The notes below the pieces were generated by a model, which was not told the DNA's origin, searched no databases, and worked only from the letters and a program-made list of their open reading frames with translations. This document shows positions 1 to 13,401 of a DNA stretch of 64,000 bases, one piece after another (position 1 is the stretch's first letter; every line of letters begins with the position of its first letter). Both the position numbers and the translations under genes were made by a program. Location: contig OX597817.1 of assembly GCA_951406725.2 (NCBI GenBank), positions 74,028,001-74,092,000 of the forward strand. Reading direction: 5' to 3'. This DNA is from Octopus vulgaris (lineage: Eukaryota).

Positions 1-699
1 ATGATACGATAAGGATCATTGCTTTTGACTTTCAGAACAATTTTTACATAGAAAAAATGTTTTCACATATATTTCTTTATTAATATAATTTTTTTTATTG
101 ATTTTTGTATTTTGGAAATTGTTTGGTTGTTTTTATTGTTTTAATAATTTGTTTGGTACGTAGTTTGTATGGCGTTTCTTTTTAATTTTAAATACTTCGT
201 AAACTACCATACTGTATATAATACTCGCATTTTTTTTCACTAAGATCAGAATTAAATTTAGGGGTGTGTTTAATAATGTTTTTACGTTTTTCCCACGCCC
301 ATTTTTCTTAAGCAAAAAAAGAAAAAAGAAAAAATATACGCTAAGGTAATAAAATTTTATTTATGTTATTAATATTTTTGATTATATATCAATATATTTA
401 TTATATATCAATATATTTTATATAAAATGAAAATTTAAGAACATCTATTCGGTTATAGCCGATTATCTATATACTGCAGTTGTGCAACACTGCGTATTAT
501 ATACATAGAATTATGAAGGTTTTGAGATAACTTAAGCCCCGAATCGAGATGCGTATAAAGCATAGTAGCATATTTTATATGAACTTTTGCGGAATTGAAT
601 AAAAATATTTAAACTGCCCCCCCCCCCACTTCTTTTAATAATACTGAAACATTGAATAAAACTTTCTTTGGATGAAATGTTATAAAGATATTTTACTTC

Positions 700-2350
700 T
701 CCTACACTTCCTAAGCAAAAGTAGCCCGTACAGAGCGTGGGAATCTCTACATAATTGTATAGAAAGCTAGAAAAAGTAGCCATATTTGCTTCATATCAGA
801 TACCCAGCAATCTTAAATAAAATGCATATTGGATAAAGTAGTCCTTGATGCAATGGTCATGGCTGTAAAGCTTTGATCATAGGTCTGCTTGATCAAGAGG
901 GTTAAACAACAAAGCGTCGAACAAAATTCTTTGCGGTATCTGTCTAGGTCCCTTTACACTCTGAATTCAAATCCCAAACGAAGTCTGAATCTGACTAATA
1001 GGAGACGCTTTAAAATAAGAAAGAATTTTTTAAAATTTGTTTTTGCTCTTTCTATTCTAGCAGCAGTTTGAGACAAAGGAGCACCAAACCATTCAGTGCC
1101 AAACCTCGTTTTATTTATCTTTATTTTGGTGGCATTGATAAAGATTTCATTTATTTTTCCGTCGACACTAGTTGTTTCTATCAATGATATATGTGTCTAG
1201 CAGTGACGGCTATTTGTGTCGCTTGTAATTACTTCATCCTCCAATTCAAATTTGACACTTTGAGTAGTTGTTCGGGAGGCCAGTCATCTGAAAATGCTGC
1301 TTACGAAGATGGACTTAACCCGCCTCCCACCACTTTTTAAAATATTTTGTACGTAACAGACGGTGTTCCTGAAGAGACCTCATCCCAAGCATACGCGAGA
1401 ATCCTACCAACAAACATATGGTTCAATGTCATGTTATACCCGTCAAAAGTTTTTTGTTCGATTCATTGTGTTGGTTTTTGAGTAGGTCTTTCAGATGGCT
1501 TGACCTTACGCCGTCAGGACTACCGATAGAACCAGATTCCATCGATGTCAAAGCTTTGAGAACGGTGTCGCCGGTCACGCATGAGGCATACAATCAAGCT
1601 TGAACGAGTGGTGTGGTGTAATAAAATCATTGGATAGTTTTGTGTTCTTGAATAATTCATTATAAGTTCCATCAGAGAAACCAGCAAGAGATTCAATGAG
1701 ATTCTTTTTGAAGCTCATTTGACACCGAAGTCGGCGAGCTTGGTCTGATCATGGGCGACATGGTTGCTTCCTATCAACAACTGCAGAGATTGCATCTCTT
1801 TCTGTAGGCATCTACCTAATATGGATGGTAATAAGCACACCTGTTGTGACATAATTACTGATTTCATGTTTCGAAATTGTTGTTAGGTTGTCATTTCTAC
1901 AGTCTGTTAGGTTGTCTGGGTGCCACTCATGCGAAGAAGATTAATTTTCGCTAGCTCAGAACATTTTTATCATCGAGTGAGCAGTCATTTATTTAGCCCA
2001 CCACCCCACCTTCTAGGTTTCTCGGTACTGGTCGTTTTATATGACAGAATTTGTAAGGATTCAAATTAAGCAGAAAGTATCAAGATTTTCAATGACATTG
2101 GTAAGACGTCTACAGGTGTGTTACGACGATTTTGCTAATTTGAGTAAATGTGTTTGGCTTCATTTTGTACAGGTCCAGTGGAGACACCTATTGGAGCTAT
2201 CTTCATACGATTAATTTGCTTAAAGTTTTCTATATTCAAACTGAAAAACGATTTCCAACTTGGAGTTCCGGTCAGGTTGGCAGGCTGATTGACAGTCATT
2301 GGTGTGAGATTGTTTAACACGGACTGTCTTTGCTTGTGAGAACTTCATTA
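700..2350 (-). mobile_element. Highly decayed CRE-clade-like non-LTR retrotransposon (RT region)
   Basis: Manual minus-strand translation gives colinear, frameshifted motifs: TKLADFGVK*A, ESLAGFSDGTYNEL, VLKALTSMESGSIGSPDGVRSSHLKDLL (cf. SFPxGSAGGPDGLRPxHLKDL), KSGGRRVKSIFVSSIFR*LASR (cf. KKDGGxRPIAVGxTLRRLASK), WFGAPL, LRLLGI*YEANMA (cf. LGGLGIR). Boundaries approximate. Confidence 0.6.
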
Positions 2351-3379
2351 CAATAATTAAAATTAGTAGGGCATCTAAAATAATGGCATACACAACTGGA
2401 ATTATATCAATAGCTCCCATAAAGTCAAATGAACTGTATCGATAGTAAGAGACAGGCTGGAGGTAATTTTTTTTTTAAGATGACAGTTTCTGAATCACTT
2501 GTCACGGTATTTTGTATCGTGATCGCAATAAACTCATGCTATGAAATCAATTTCATATCCTGTCTTGGCCGATGGTCCTTTTGTTGCTGATTTATTTTTC
2601 CATAGGCATAGTTTATTTGTTTTAGACGGCAGTTTTAATCCAAGTTTCGCTCGTTTCTTTTTGTTTCTAAATTGTCACTGTTCATTATTTCCATGTATGT
2701 ACGTGTGTTGAATAAACAGTACATTCTGTGTGTAAAAACAGTATTTCGTGCGATAAAACGGTATATTTTGTGTTTAATAGTCACATGTGCGTAATACGTA
2801 TAATATACTATGTACTTAATAGCTGGATTCAGATAAACATTAACTTACTTTCAATGTGTATAATGCGGTGAACGTGAAGAAAAAAATGCAAAAATGAAAA
2901 GTAAGGATAAGTTCGGATTAAATAATCAATCCTGAATAAATAAAAAAAAAGACAGAATAGTCAATGCTTTTGGTCAGTTTACTCGATGAAAGCTGTTGAT
3001 GTTGATGCTGGTGCTGTAAACTACAGTAATATTAACAGCAGCAAGAACAAAACCAACGACAACAAATGGAAAGAGAAAATTGAGCTGTATGGGAGAGAGG
3101 AAGAATGAAGATGTAGAAGTAGGGAAGAGAGAAAGAATGAAGAGGGAAGGCCAGAAGAAGGGAAGAGAGGAGGAAGAGGAGGAAGAGATATGGAATAATG
3201 TAAACAGAGTTACAACACGTTCGATAATGTACGACTACATACACACATTGTCTGGAAAAATGAAAATACAAATAAGATAGGATGGTCATAGTTACAACGA
3301 CATTGATCATAGGTTTGTCCGAACTGGGAAAACAAGAACTATATTATATATGAATAAATGATAATTTGTAACAAAGGTA

Positions 3380-3690
3380 GAAGGCCACAATTTTGAACGC
3401 ATGGGTTCGTCGATTAAATCGATTTCAGTACAGCGCCTGAATAATTTTTTATTTTATCAACACCAAAGGATGACCTCGATGGGAGGTAAACTCGCAACAT
3501 CCGACTGTGCACCTAAATACCGAATAAGAATATTTTACCAAGTTCAGACAATCCTGCAAATTTAGCGCTCTTCATTTGAAAGGCCAAGTTGAACACGGCG
3601 GAATTTCAACTCAGAAAGTGAAAAACTGGAACAAATGCCACAAAAAAAATTCATCGAACGTCCAATCCATTCTACCAAATCAACACACAT
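3380..3690 (-). mobile_element. Degenerate OK-like SINE fragments
   Basis: gtcgattaaatcgat and aaggccaagttgaacacggcggaatttcaactcaga resemble the reverse complement of the well-preserved copies at 16537 and 23583. Confidence 0.5.
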
Positions 3691-4157
3691 GTAAAAAGTA
3701 AACATTAATAACAATGCAGTGCTTTAAAGGCAAGACGAATTAACTGAAGAAACCGCTCAATACCTAATGTAGAGCTAGTTGTTTAATCATTCTATACTAT
3801 TTTCGTTCTTAAGTACGATTAAATATCTATTTTAACGAATGAACGATTGAATTTTCTTTATAATGAATTGAACTGAAAATATTAAAAAATATATGTGAAT
3901 AAATAATTAATTTAATAAAGAAATAGCTCGTCTGCAGTCGAGAAATATAATGAATCCATCATGTCAGTTTTGCATTTTTTCTTTAGTTTTATTATAAATA
4001 TTTTTTATCTTTATTTTTATGCCGTGACTCAGCATCCTTAAGTTGGTTGCACTGGAATGCTGAGAGGAGCCTCGCTTTGGCTCTTTTCCCCTCTTTTTTT
4101 ACTTCTATTTTGTTTCGTTGATTTCTTGGTTTGTAATGTAAACAGTTCTGTTTGTGA

Positions 4158-4502
<345 letters not shown>

Positions 4503-4666
4503 TTCAGTGATTATGTTTTATGATTTCCGTGTATCAGAGTATGTGCATTTAGAATCGACAATTCGGACGAGATCTAATTAAAAAAAGAACGAAAAAATTC
4601 TTATGTCAATAGAAACAGAGGAGAAAAAAGAAGGAATGAGTAACGATGGGTAAATTTTATATATGA

Positions 4667-4738
<72 letters not shown>

Positions 4739-4908
4739 ATGCATAAATATTTGAATGTACGTGTGTGAGTGTGTGTAAAAATACACACATTTATAAATGT
4801 ATATATGTATGCCTTTATATAATCCAAGTTCATATATAGACATGTTTGTACATATACTGGTATACTCACACATATACACACACGCACACGCACATACACA
4901 TACATATA

Positions 4909-5519
4909 TAATTGAATAAGCTGGAGTCAACAAGGAGTACAGATGAACATTTATTTGTAATCACTACAATTGTTTCCACGTTGCATAGAAGCAACTGTAA
5001 TGATTACAAATAAATGTTCCTCTGATACTGAAATGCTTCTCTGTACTCCTTCATGTTGACACAAACTTATTCAATTATCAGTTCACACACAACAGAAGCC
5101 CCAACGCAAATCTGTCAGTAGGTATAATACTACTGTTGAATAGCACTGGGTTCTATCTGAAGATGGACGAGTTTTATACTGTACTTTACTAAGATTATAT
5201 CAAACACCAATCAACTTGAGTAATTTAGTAAAATCATGCACTGATTGGTCAGAATAGAGTTTGCAAGGATTAACATTTAGAGCCTATACAAATGTATGTA
5301 AGGCACACAATTTAGCCATCTCACTACAGTTGTAAATTGTAAAACATAACTGTCACCACTACTACACGAACCTGAAGATTGCATATTTTAATGCACGAAA
5401 GTAATTGCTCAAAGAGAATGGACATTTAACATTCTATCATTTTATTATATTATACCATCTTATATTATAAGATTGTAAATAAAACGGGGAAAATCAAAGT
5501 TGGGATTTCTTTGAATAAT

Positions 5520-5520
<1 letters not shown>
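4909..5520 (+). mobile_element. Penelope-like fragment with 5' fold-back (4909-5077) and degenerate hammerhead motif (5372-5410)
   Basis: Inverted arms taattgaataag...acaattgtttc / gaagcaactgt...cttattcaatta; downstream CTGAAGA-T-TGCAT-atttta-ATGCA-C-GAAA-GTAATTGCTC. Confidence 0.55.
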
Positions 5521-5579
<59 letters not shown>

Positions 5580-5610
5580 ACACACACACACAGATATATA
5601 TATACACACA

Positions 5611-5648
<38 letters not shown>

Positions 5649-5806
5649 AATGAATAAATTAATAAATAAATAAGTTATTTATAAATAACTTTATTTATAA
5701 ATTTAACCTTTAGAGGTATTTTTTAATATGCTGGCCATTGATAAAAATTTTTTTCGAAAGAATTTTATCCTACATTAGATGTATATATATATATATACAC
5801 ACACAC

Positions 5807-5861
<55 letters not shown>

Positions 5862-5996
5862 AAGTTAGAGGTGTTTAAACTCTCTAAGGGATAGATGTAT
5901 CTAAAGGCACTCCTGATAATTACCTCAGTAAGTATGGTCCTTGGTTTAAGGTATACGGCAGTAGGAATTTATAAAGGTAAACCGTAGTTTAATGTA

Positions 5997-6162
5997 TATA
6001 TAGACGATAAGAAAATGGAGGGAAAACAACAGTGAGAAATGTGTCTTTGGTGCTAAAAAGTCATTATTTAATTAGTTAACTAATTAAATTGCTTAATTAA
6101 TAATGGCTTTTAGCACCAAAGACACATTTGTCATTGTTATTTTTCCTCCATTTTGTTATCGT

Positions 6163-6170
<8 letters not shown>
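5997..6170. repeat. Fold-back inverted repeat (~80-bp arms)
   Basis: acgataagaaaatggagg...aaatgtgtctttggtgctaaaa pairs with ttttagcaccaaagacacattt...cctccattttgttatcgt. Confidence 0.9.
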
Positions 6171-6207
<37 letters not shown>

Positions 6208-7127
6208 TGTTTATGCATATATTTTTACAAACATTTACACATTCTTGAATATATGTGTGAGAGTTTGTGTATATATGCATGTTACTGTTTGTGTGTGTGT
6301 ATATATATATATATATACTATATATGGCAAATGAAAGAATGAAGATGGAATATACACTATATATACATACTATATACATACATACATATATACATACATA
6401 CAAACACACACATACAGAATTTCATACATGTATAAATGTTCGACGTTTACTCGTCATTAAATGTTTCTGCAATATCTCAGCAATTTTAACAACAATTTTC
6501 TTTCATATCTGAAATCATCACAGAAAGTTTCATCCTTGAGTTATTTTCTATATATTTCGTAATGGACATGCTCAATCCAAAGGACACATACTTATGTATA
6601 AATTTGAGTCAGACAAACTCACACAATAATTAGAGCAGTTGATAAGTCATCATTATATAAGCTCAGTTCTTCAATTAGCATGCTTTCAACGAACACTTCA
6701 TTACAAGTAAGACAATCGTCTAATAACTTTTTATGAATTTAGTGATGTAAGTTCACCAAAAAATCTGTTTACACATAATTGGTAAATTGATCAACGCTAT
6801 AAATATACAAATATGAAAGCTACAATTGAGTGCACCCCTTCGAATTTGTTTCAACATATCTTCCTTATTAAAGTATATTTTCGGTCATAATTAGAGTTTA
6901 GTTCTCCTATCCTGCCTTCTTCGTTTCGTTGTAACTTTCTTAAAAAGCTATATATTTAATGACATTTTCTGAAGCGTAGATTACGATTATATATGTTTAT
7001 GCTCAGGTTTTACCGTTGAATAATTTGTTCAAGATGCTTCTATTTTTATGTTTTATCGTGTAATTAGACATTTAAATTTATATATGTGCGCGTGTGTGTG
7101 TGTGCATATACATACACACACACACAT

Positions 7128-7165
<38 letters not shown>

Positions 7166-7422
7166 TATTACAAATTTGGGATTATATATATAATAGTATG
7201 GGGGAAAGCACTATAACAGTGAATCGCTGCACCCACCATTTGGTGAGTCTCCACTCCTGGCGCATGATACCCTTGCACCACCCAGGAGGCAACACTCCAT
7301 TCCGTAGGTTCGATTCGGCAGTGTGCGAGTTTTGAGAGGAGACGTGGGAGAAGGGGTCTATTCTTTAACATGCCGGACCCCAACAGCAATATTATATATG
7401 TATATATATATATATATATATA

Positions 7423-7710
7423 AGGAGACCCCCTTCGGTCATGAATGGGATTGCACCTAGAAAGTTACCCTTCTAGGTTATTTGTGGAAGGCCAGCAGTC
7501 GCCTTCCCTCTCCACATCGCTAATGTTATCCAAGGGAAAGGCAAAGGCCGATATAGTTTGGCACCAGTGATGTCGCAACTCATTTCTACACCTGAGTTGA
7601 CTGGAGCAACGTGAAATAAAGTGTCTTGCTCGAGAACATAACACGCAACCCGGTCTGGGAATCGAACTCACAACCTCACGATCGTAAGCTCGGCGCTCTA
7701 ACCACTGACC
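7423..7710 (-). mobile_element. tRNA-derived CORE-type SINE (OR-like)
   Basis: Reverse complement has A box (cagtggttagagcg), B box (gagttcgattcc) and a CORE-like tgttctcgagcaagacacttt; embedded in (TA)n. Confidence 0.8.
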
Positions 7711-7715
7711 TTCAC

Positions 7716-7751
<36 letters not shown>

Positions 7752-7813
7752 GAGAGGGAGAGAGGGGGGTTGGAGGAAGAAGCAAAGGAATATATGGAGT
7801 AGGTATCATTTTC

Positions 7814-7959
<146 letters not shown>

Positions 7960-8298
7960 CAAGCATGCATACATACATGGACACACACAATCGCACACAC
8001 ACAAGCACACATCCTGCGCGCACACATACACACATAATGTTCATAATTTTACCTTATTTCACCAATATTTCATCCTTATATATATATACACCTACTAAAA
8101 ATGAAGGAGGCAATATAAGCGTGTTTAACGGAATGAAACGTAAACGCATAATAACATTAACTCTGTTACGAAAAAAGTTTGAGTACTGGTGTGCTGGAAA
8201 AAAAAAAGAGACCCATCGATGAGATTCTTGTGTGCAGAGAATGGTGAAGGTTCAAAAGCTTCATCAACAATGTATGTTAAGAAACAGCGAGAGAAATG

Positions 8299-8299
<1 letters not shown>

Positions 8300-8363
<64 letters not shown>

Positions 8364-8402
8364 GTTGTTGTTGTTGTTGTTGTTGTTATTATTATTATTA
8401 TT

Positions 8403-8483
<81 letters not shown>

Positions 8484-8493
8484 GTTATTATTA

Positions 8494-8543
<50 letters not shown>

Positions 8544-8559
8544 ATTATTATTATTATTA

Positions 8560-8620
<61 letters not shown>

Positions 8621-8636
8621 GATGATGATGATGATG

Positions 8637-8707
<71 letters not shown>

Positions 8708-8712
8708 CATTA
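8300..8712. repeat. Compound trinucleotide microsatellite (ATT/GTT/CAT/GAT)n
   Basis: Directly visible; source of poly-Y/I/N/L ORFs. Confidence 0.97.
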
Positions 8713-8965
8713 TTTAATGCTGACACCGAAAATAATAAGGTTACCGAAATCTGAAATATATAAAAAAAAAAAAACCCATAAAAAGATAATATAAAACTTA
8801 TTTAGATTGCATGTGGAAATATAAAAATATTGAGAAATTGGATTTACAGTAAAGTTAACATGATTGCCTTTTGCTCCTAATTGTTAAGGAATGTAATGTT
8901 TTACTAGCATTAGTAGGCTGGTTTTCTTTGCCTTTTCCACTAATCTACTTATTTTTGTGCCTCAG

Positions 8966-9015
8966 TACAGTAAAGTTGTGCCACAAGTCAAAGCACTTTT
9001 TGAGAAAGAAGTCAA
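8966..9015 (+). CDS. Candidate short internal exon of an unidentified host gene (YSKVVPQVKALFEKEV; alternative acceptor gives a 45-nt exon 8971-9015)
   Basis: Branch-like ACTAAT 8939-8944, pyrimidine tract, CAG acceptors ending 8965 and 8970, AA|GTAAGC donor at 9016, repeat-free flanks. No homology recognised. Confidence 0.45.
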
Positions 9016-9194
9016 GTAAGCATGAATTAGGTTTATGGCTATGCAAGCTGCAACGGCATAAAAAATAATACATACATATATATATATAGTACAAATATAG
9101 GCAATATTATGCCAATTTTAAACTTTAGCTTTACTGATTCGGAAAATCCGGTACCTCATTGGTTCCAACTTTGCCGGATTAGTGAGGTTCGATT

Positions 9195-9260
<66 letters not shown>

Positions 9261-9421
9261 CAACCCACCACATATACATATATGTTTGTGTGTGCGTGTG
9301 TGTATGTGTGTGTATGTATGTATGTACGTATATTTATATATATATATGTATGAATGTATGTATGTATGTATGTATGTATATGTATATGTATATATATGCA
9401 TATATATGCACGTATGTATGC

Positions 9422-9456
<35 letters not shown>

Positions 9457-9548
9457 TATGTATGCATGTATATATGCATGTATGTATGTAAATATGTATG
9501 CATACATAGATGCATACATACATATATATATATATATGTATGTATATG

Positions 9549-9606
<58 letters not shown>

Positions 9607-10092
9607 TATAATTTACCAACCGTGATGCCATGGTAGTGACTCAAATGCTGAGAATTTCGTGCCAAAGCATTTCTTAGACAAACCAGAATTTGGAACTTCG
9701 AATCTTATAAATAGCAAAATATTGAACATTCTAGAATGTTTGAACGTTCAGTCAGAAAACATGTTCAGTTGTCGCGTTATGATAGAAATTTTCAGTCTTT
9801 CTTAATAACATCCTTAAATCGCCTTCTATAACCATTTGTAATCGGTTCCTTTTTCTTTTTGCTAAATAGTCCGTAACGGCACGAAATCCTTATTCAAAGA
9901 ATATGACGATGGGAATACAATTAGAAACTTTCACAGTGGCCCATAAACCGGTGCTGCGACCAGAAATGGTAACACGCGTTTTAAATTCTGAAGTTGAAAA
10001 TTTTGATGTTTTTAGTTACTTAATTGATTTGGTAGGCTACCTCCAATTGAAGGACTTAGAGAAATCGATGCCAAAAACATTGATAAATTATT

Positions 10093-10325
10093 TATTTCTT
10101 TACTACCCACAAGGGGCTAAACGCAGAGAGGACAAACAAGGACAGACAAACGGATTAAGTCGATTATGTCGCCCCCAGTGCGTAACTGGTACTTATTTAA
10201 TCGACACCGAAAGGATGAAAGGCAAAGTCGACCTCGGCGGAATTTGAACTCAGAACGTAACGGCAGACGAAATACGGCTACGCATTTCGCCCGGCGTGCT
10301 AACGTTTCTGCCAGCACGCCGCCTT
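10093..10325 (-). mobile_element. OK-like tRNA-derived SINE, full length, with 14-bp TSD
   Basis: Reverse complement of ggcggcg(t/a)gctggcagaaacgttagc...gagttcaaattcc...; TSD attgataaattatt at 10079-10092 and 10328-10341. Confidence 0.92.
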
Positions 10326-10603
10326 ATATTGATAAATTATTGTATGATTGATAGACAGCATGTGATTGCATTTCTGTTCCATCAACACTTGAAAAATAAG
10401 TTGAAGGGCGAATATGGAATCTTTCTAGTGATACTATATTTACATCGTTCGGAGAAATCTGTGCTATGCTTACAAGTAATGACAATAGACTTGAATGACA
10501 TCATCATCGTTATCATCGTCGTCGTCGTCGCCGTCGTCTTCGTCCACCTCGTCGTCGTCACCGCCGCCGTCTTTGTCGTCGTCGTTGTCATCATCATCCT
10601 CAC

Positions 10604-10647
<44 letters not shown>

Positions 10648-10829
10648 ACAACAACATCATCATCATCATCATCATGTATTTCTGTCTTTTTCTTGAATGA
10701 TAAAATACATTGAAAATGATAAAATTTCCTTCGTCCTATTCTGCATTCAAACTTGAAAAGGTTTGCAACAGTAGCAGCAGCAGCAGCAAAAACAATAACA
10801 ACAACAACAACAGTGATCATCATGAGTTT

Positions 10830-11755
10830 TTAAAATCAAATCCAGTTCACCTTGTGATTGTAATTTTACTTAATACGGCTTGAAATATGGATCTGACACA
10901 AAAGTTTTCTCTGCACTACTTCATGCTGTCTTACATACAGATAGTTTTGTCTTTAAAGAATTCCAAAACTTCTTAAAATGAAGTCGACTCGGCCAAGCTT
11001 TCTTCAACAACCAACGACCTCCAGCGTGGAATAGCAAACTATTGTCCGAATAATCCTTCTTTGAAAGAAATATTTCTGATTTTTATTAATTGCTGTAATG
11101 AAATATTACAATGAACGATGCAAGCAATCACTAAGGCAGTTTTTTAAATTCTGTTTTGTAACAACATGTTGCCATTAAATCATGCAAAGCACTGTCAACT
11201 GATGCTTTTAAGTGTGCAATGAATCCACAATGACAAGTCACCATAAACAGAGCTCCACCATTTGCAAGACCAATTTCCATTTCTTTAAAAAAACTCTCCT
11301 CAACAAGAATTATCGATTCTCCTTTTGTATTTGCAAACAAATCCCTGGCAAATGATAACTCTTGAGGTATTTTCTCTTCTTTTGTAAACAGAACGTAAGC
11401 TAACAGTAAAGCTTCATTCACTAGTATTCTTCATTCATCCACTTGTAAAGAAAATTGGGTAGTCCTCAAAAAATTACATAATGCGTCTTCCATATCTTTC
11501 TCCATTTTGTCAATTTGCCGATGTACTGATTTATGGCACAAAGAAATTTTATTGATTATGTCAGTCACTGGCTGGTGCAAACAGAATACTTAGAATTTCA
11601 CTAACAGCTACAGCTAGTATGATCAATTCTTCACCAATAGATGTGACTTTCTGGATTTGGCAATCAGTAATGAAAGTTTGCCTGTGATACATAAACTCCG
11701 AGGATTCAAACTTAGAGTAAGACATGTAGGCTAGAACATAACAAGAACAAACGCT
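10830..11755 (-). mobile_element. hAT (Charlie/Buster-like) transposase relic
   Basis: Minus-strand fragments SIGEELII, LRTTQFSLQVDE, NEALLLAYV..ELSFARDL..TKGESI, LFHAGGRWL (cf. LLHTEVRWLS); many stops and frameshifts. Confidence 0.8.
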
Positions 11756-11759
11756 TATC

Positions 11760-12070
11760 AATACTGCAAAGATGTAGTCCCTTGGACAAATGATAAATGT
11801 GTCCTAAATTGAGTAACGAAATCCTTAGACGAGTAAAGACCGCCAAAAAGCTCCTCAACGTAAGAGAACACTTGGTGACATCTAAGAAACTGAATAGAAG
11901 AAAAGGTTGGGGAAGACACAGAAAGGAGATACGCGATTACTTTCCCAGCTGGCTGCAGAAAATCAGGCCCCTAACGTGCTAATTTGTGTGAAGGAGACGC
12001 GAAGGTCCATGATTGTAGAATCCTATTGGCATGGCACATAAAAGAAAAAAGGAACAAAGGAAAGAATGAA
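11760..12070 (+). mobile_element. 3' end of an RTE-like LINE
   Basis: VPWT..LSNEILRRVK..KLLN..RRKGWGRHR resembles the RTE C-terminus (ISWT..SNEEVLRR..GRRGRGRPR); purine-rich tail follows. Confidence 0.45.
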
Positions 12071-12364
12071 GCTTTGTCAGAGACGCATAACTTGTAAGTT
12101 TTTTTTGCCTCGATATAGATGAAAAATATACTTGGCATAATTGATCTCCAACAGTTTATAAAATAAGACAAATCTCTATTTGTCTTGCCATCATACTGGA
12201 AGATTACTCTGTTAATGTCCTTAATACAAGTGTCATTACAACCACCTATAATGTTCCCAGTGGTGTAGTAGTTTCCACTTGGTGTATCACTGGTATAGAT
12301 AAAAAAAAAACAACAAATGAACACTAGTGGGGTGTTTTGGCTAGCATTAACTTCCAATGTTAAG

Positions 12365-12459
<95 letters not shown>

Positions 12460-12549
12460 TAATATTATAATCATTACTATAATTATAATTAATAACAACA
12501 ACAACAATAATAATAATGATAATAATAATTGTTTCGAAGTTTTATACAA

Positions 12550-12865
12550 TGCTAGGAATTTGGTGGGTGGGGGGCTTAGTTGATGAAATCGATCCAGTAC
12601 TTGACGGGCATTTTACTTTGTGAACCGCAGGGAGATGAAAAGCAAAGTTAACTTCGGTGAAATTTGAACTCAGTACGTGAAGAGCCAGAAGAGATACTGC
12701 GGAGCATTTTATCTGTCGGTGTAATGATTCTGCCAAATCCCCCACCCTGAAAGGCAAAGTTCATCTTGGTCGGACTTCAACTCCTAATTTGAAGATCGAG
12801 GACAAATATCGTAGAACATAGAGCATTTTGCTCTAACTTCTAACGATTCTACCTATCCACTATCC
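12550..12865 (-). mobile_element. Degenerate OK-like SINE fragments (two partial units)
   Basis: gatgaaaagcaaagttaacttcggtgaaatttgaactcag and ctgaaaggcaaagttcatctt, next to an (ATT/CAT)n tract. Confidence 0.65.
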
Positions 12866-12899
12866 TGGAACACAAACAAACAAGATGTTGGCCACAGTT

Positions 12900-13200
12900 T
12901 AAAGGTGAATTACAAGCACGAGACAATGTGATATTTACATTGAATTAAAAGAGAATGAAATCAACAATAACAATGAAGACTCTTTGCTTTATTCGTCATG
13001 TTACGATAAAAGCAGTCCAGCATTCAAAGTAGAGACCATCGTATTGCAACGCCTGAAGCCAACTTCCTGCCAGTTCTCTGATCGCACGCTGATGACAGTT
13101 GCTATTCTTCGAGGCGAAGAACTCCGTCACTGAAGCTTCTACTTCCTCTGCACCTATATGTTGCGCCTCTATAAGTACATTTTAATCATTGAGTATAAAA
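12900..13200 (-). mobile_element. mariner transposase C-terminal relic
   Basis: EEVEASVTEFFASK..AIRELAGSWLQALQYDGLYFE parallels the C-terminus of the mariner at 17618-17857. Confidence 0.6.
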
Positions 13201-13343
13201 CATTCATAATAAAAATCCCCATTTCATGTATGAAATTTACTGTATAATTTTGTTAATAGCTATTATTTGGTGTTGGGCAGAGCAATTTCGCTGTGCCTTT
13301 TAATTGTGTATGTGTGTGTGTGTGTGCGTGTGCGTGCGTTGTG

Positions 13344-13401
<58 letters not shown>

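Noticed and set aside
532-2420. Initial impression of an endogenous viral element
   Set aside because: The recognisable motifs fit a non-LTR RT (GPDG, KKDGG/RPI-like) rather than viral proteins.
9903-10700. Removing the SINE and one TSD joins two ORFs (...KTLINY|CMIDRQ...) into ~182 aa
   Set aside because: A third is microsatellite, no domain is recognisable, and a ~115-codon open stretch is plausible by chance across six frames of 64 kb.
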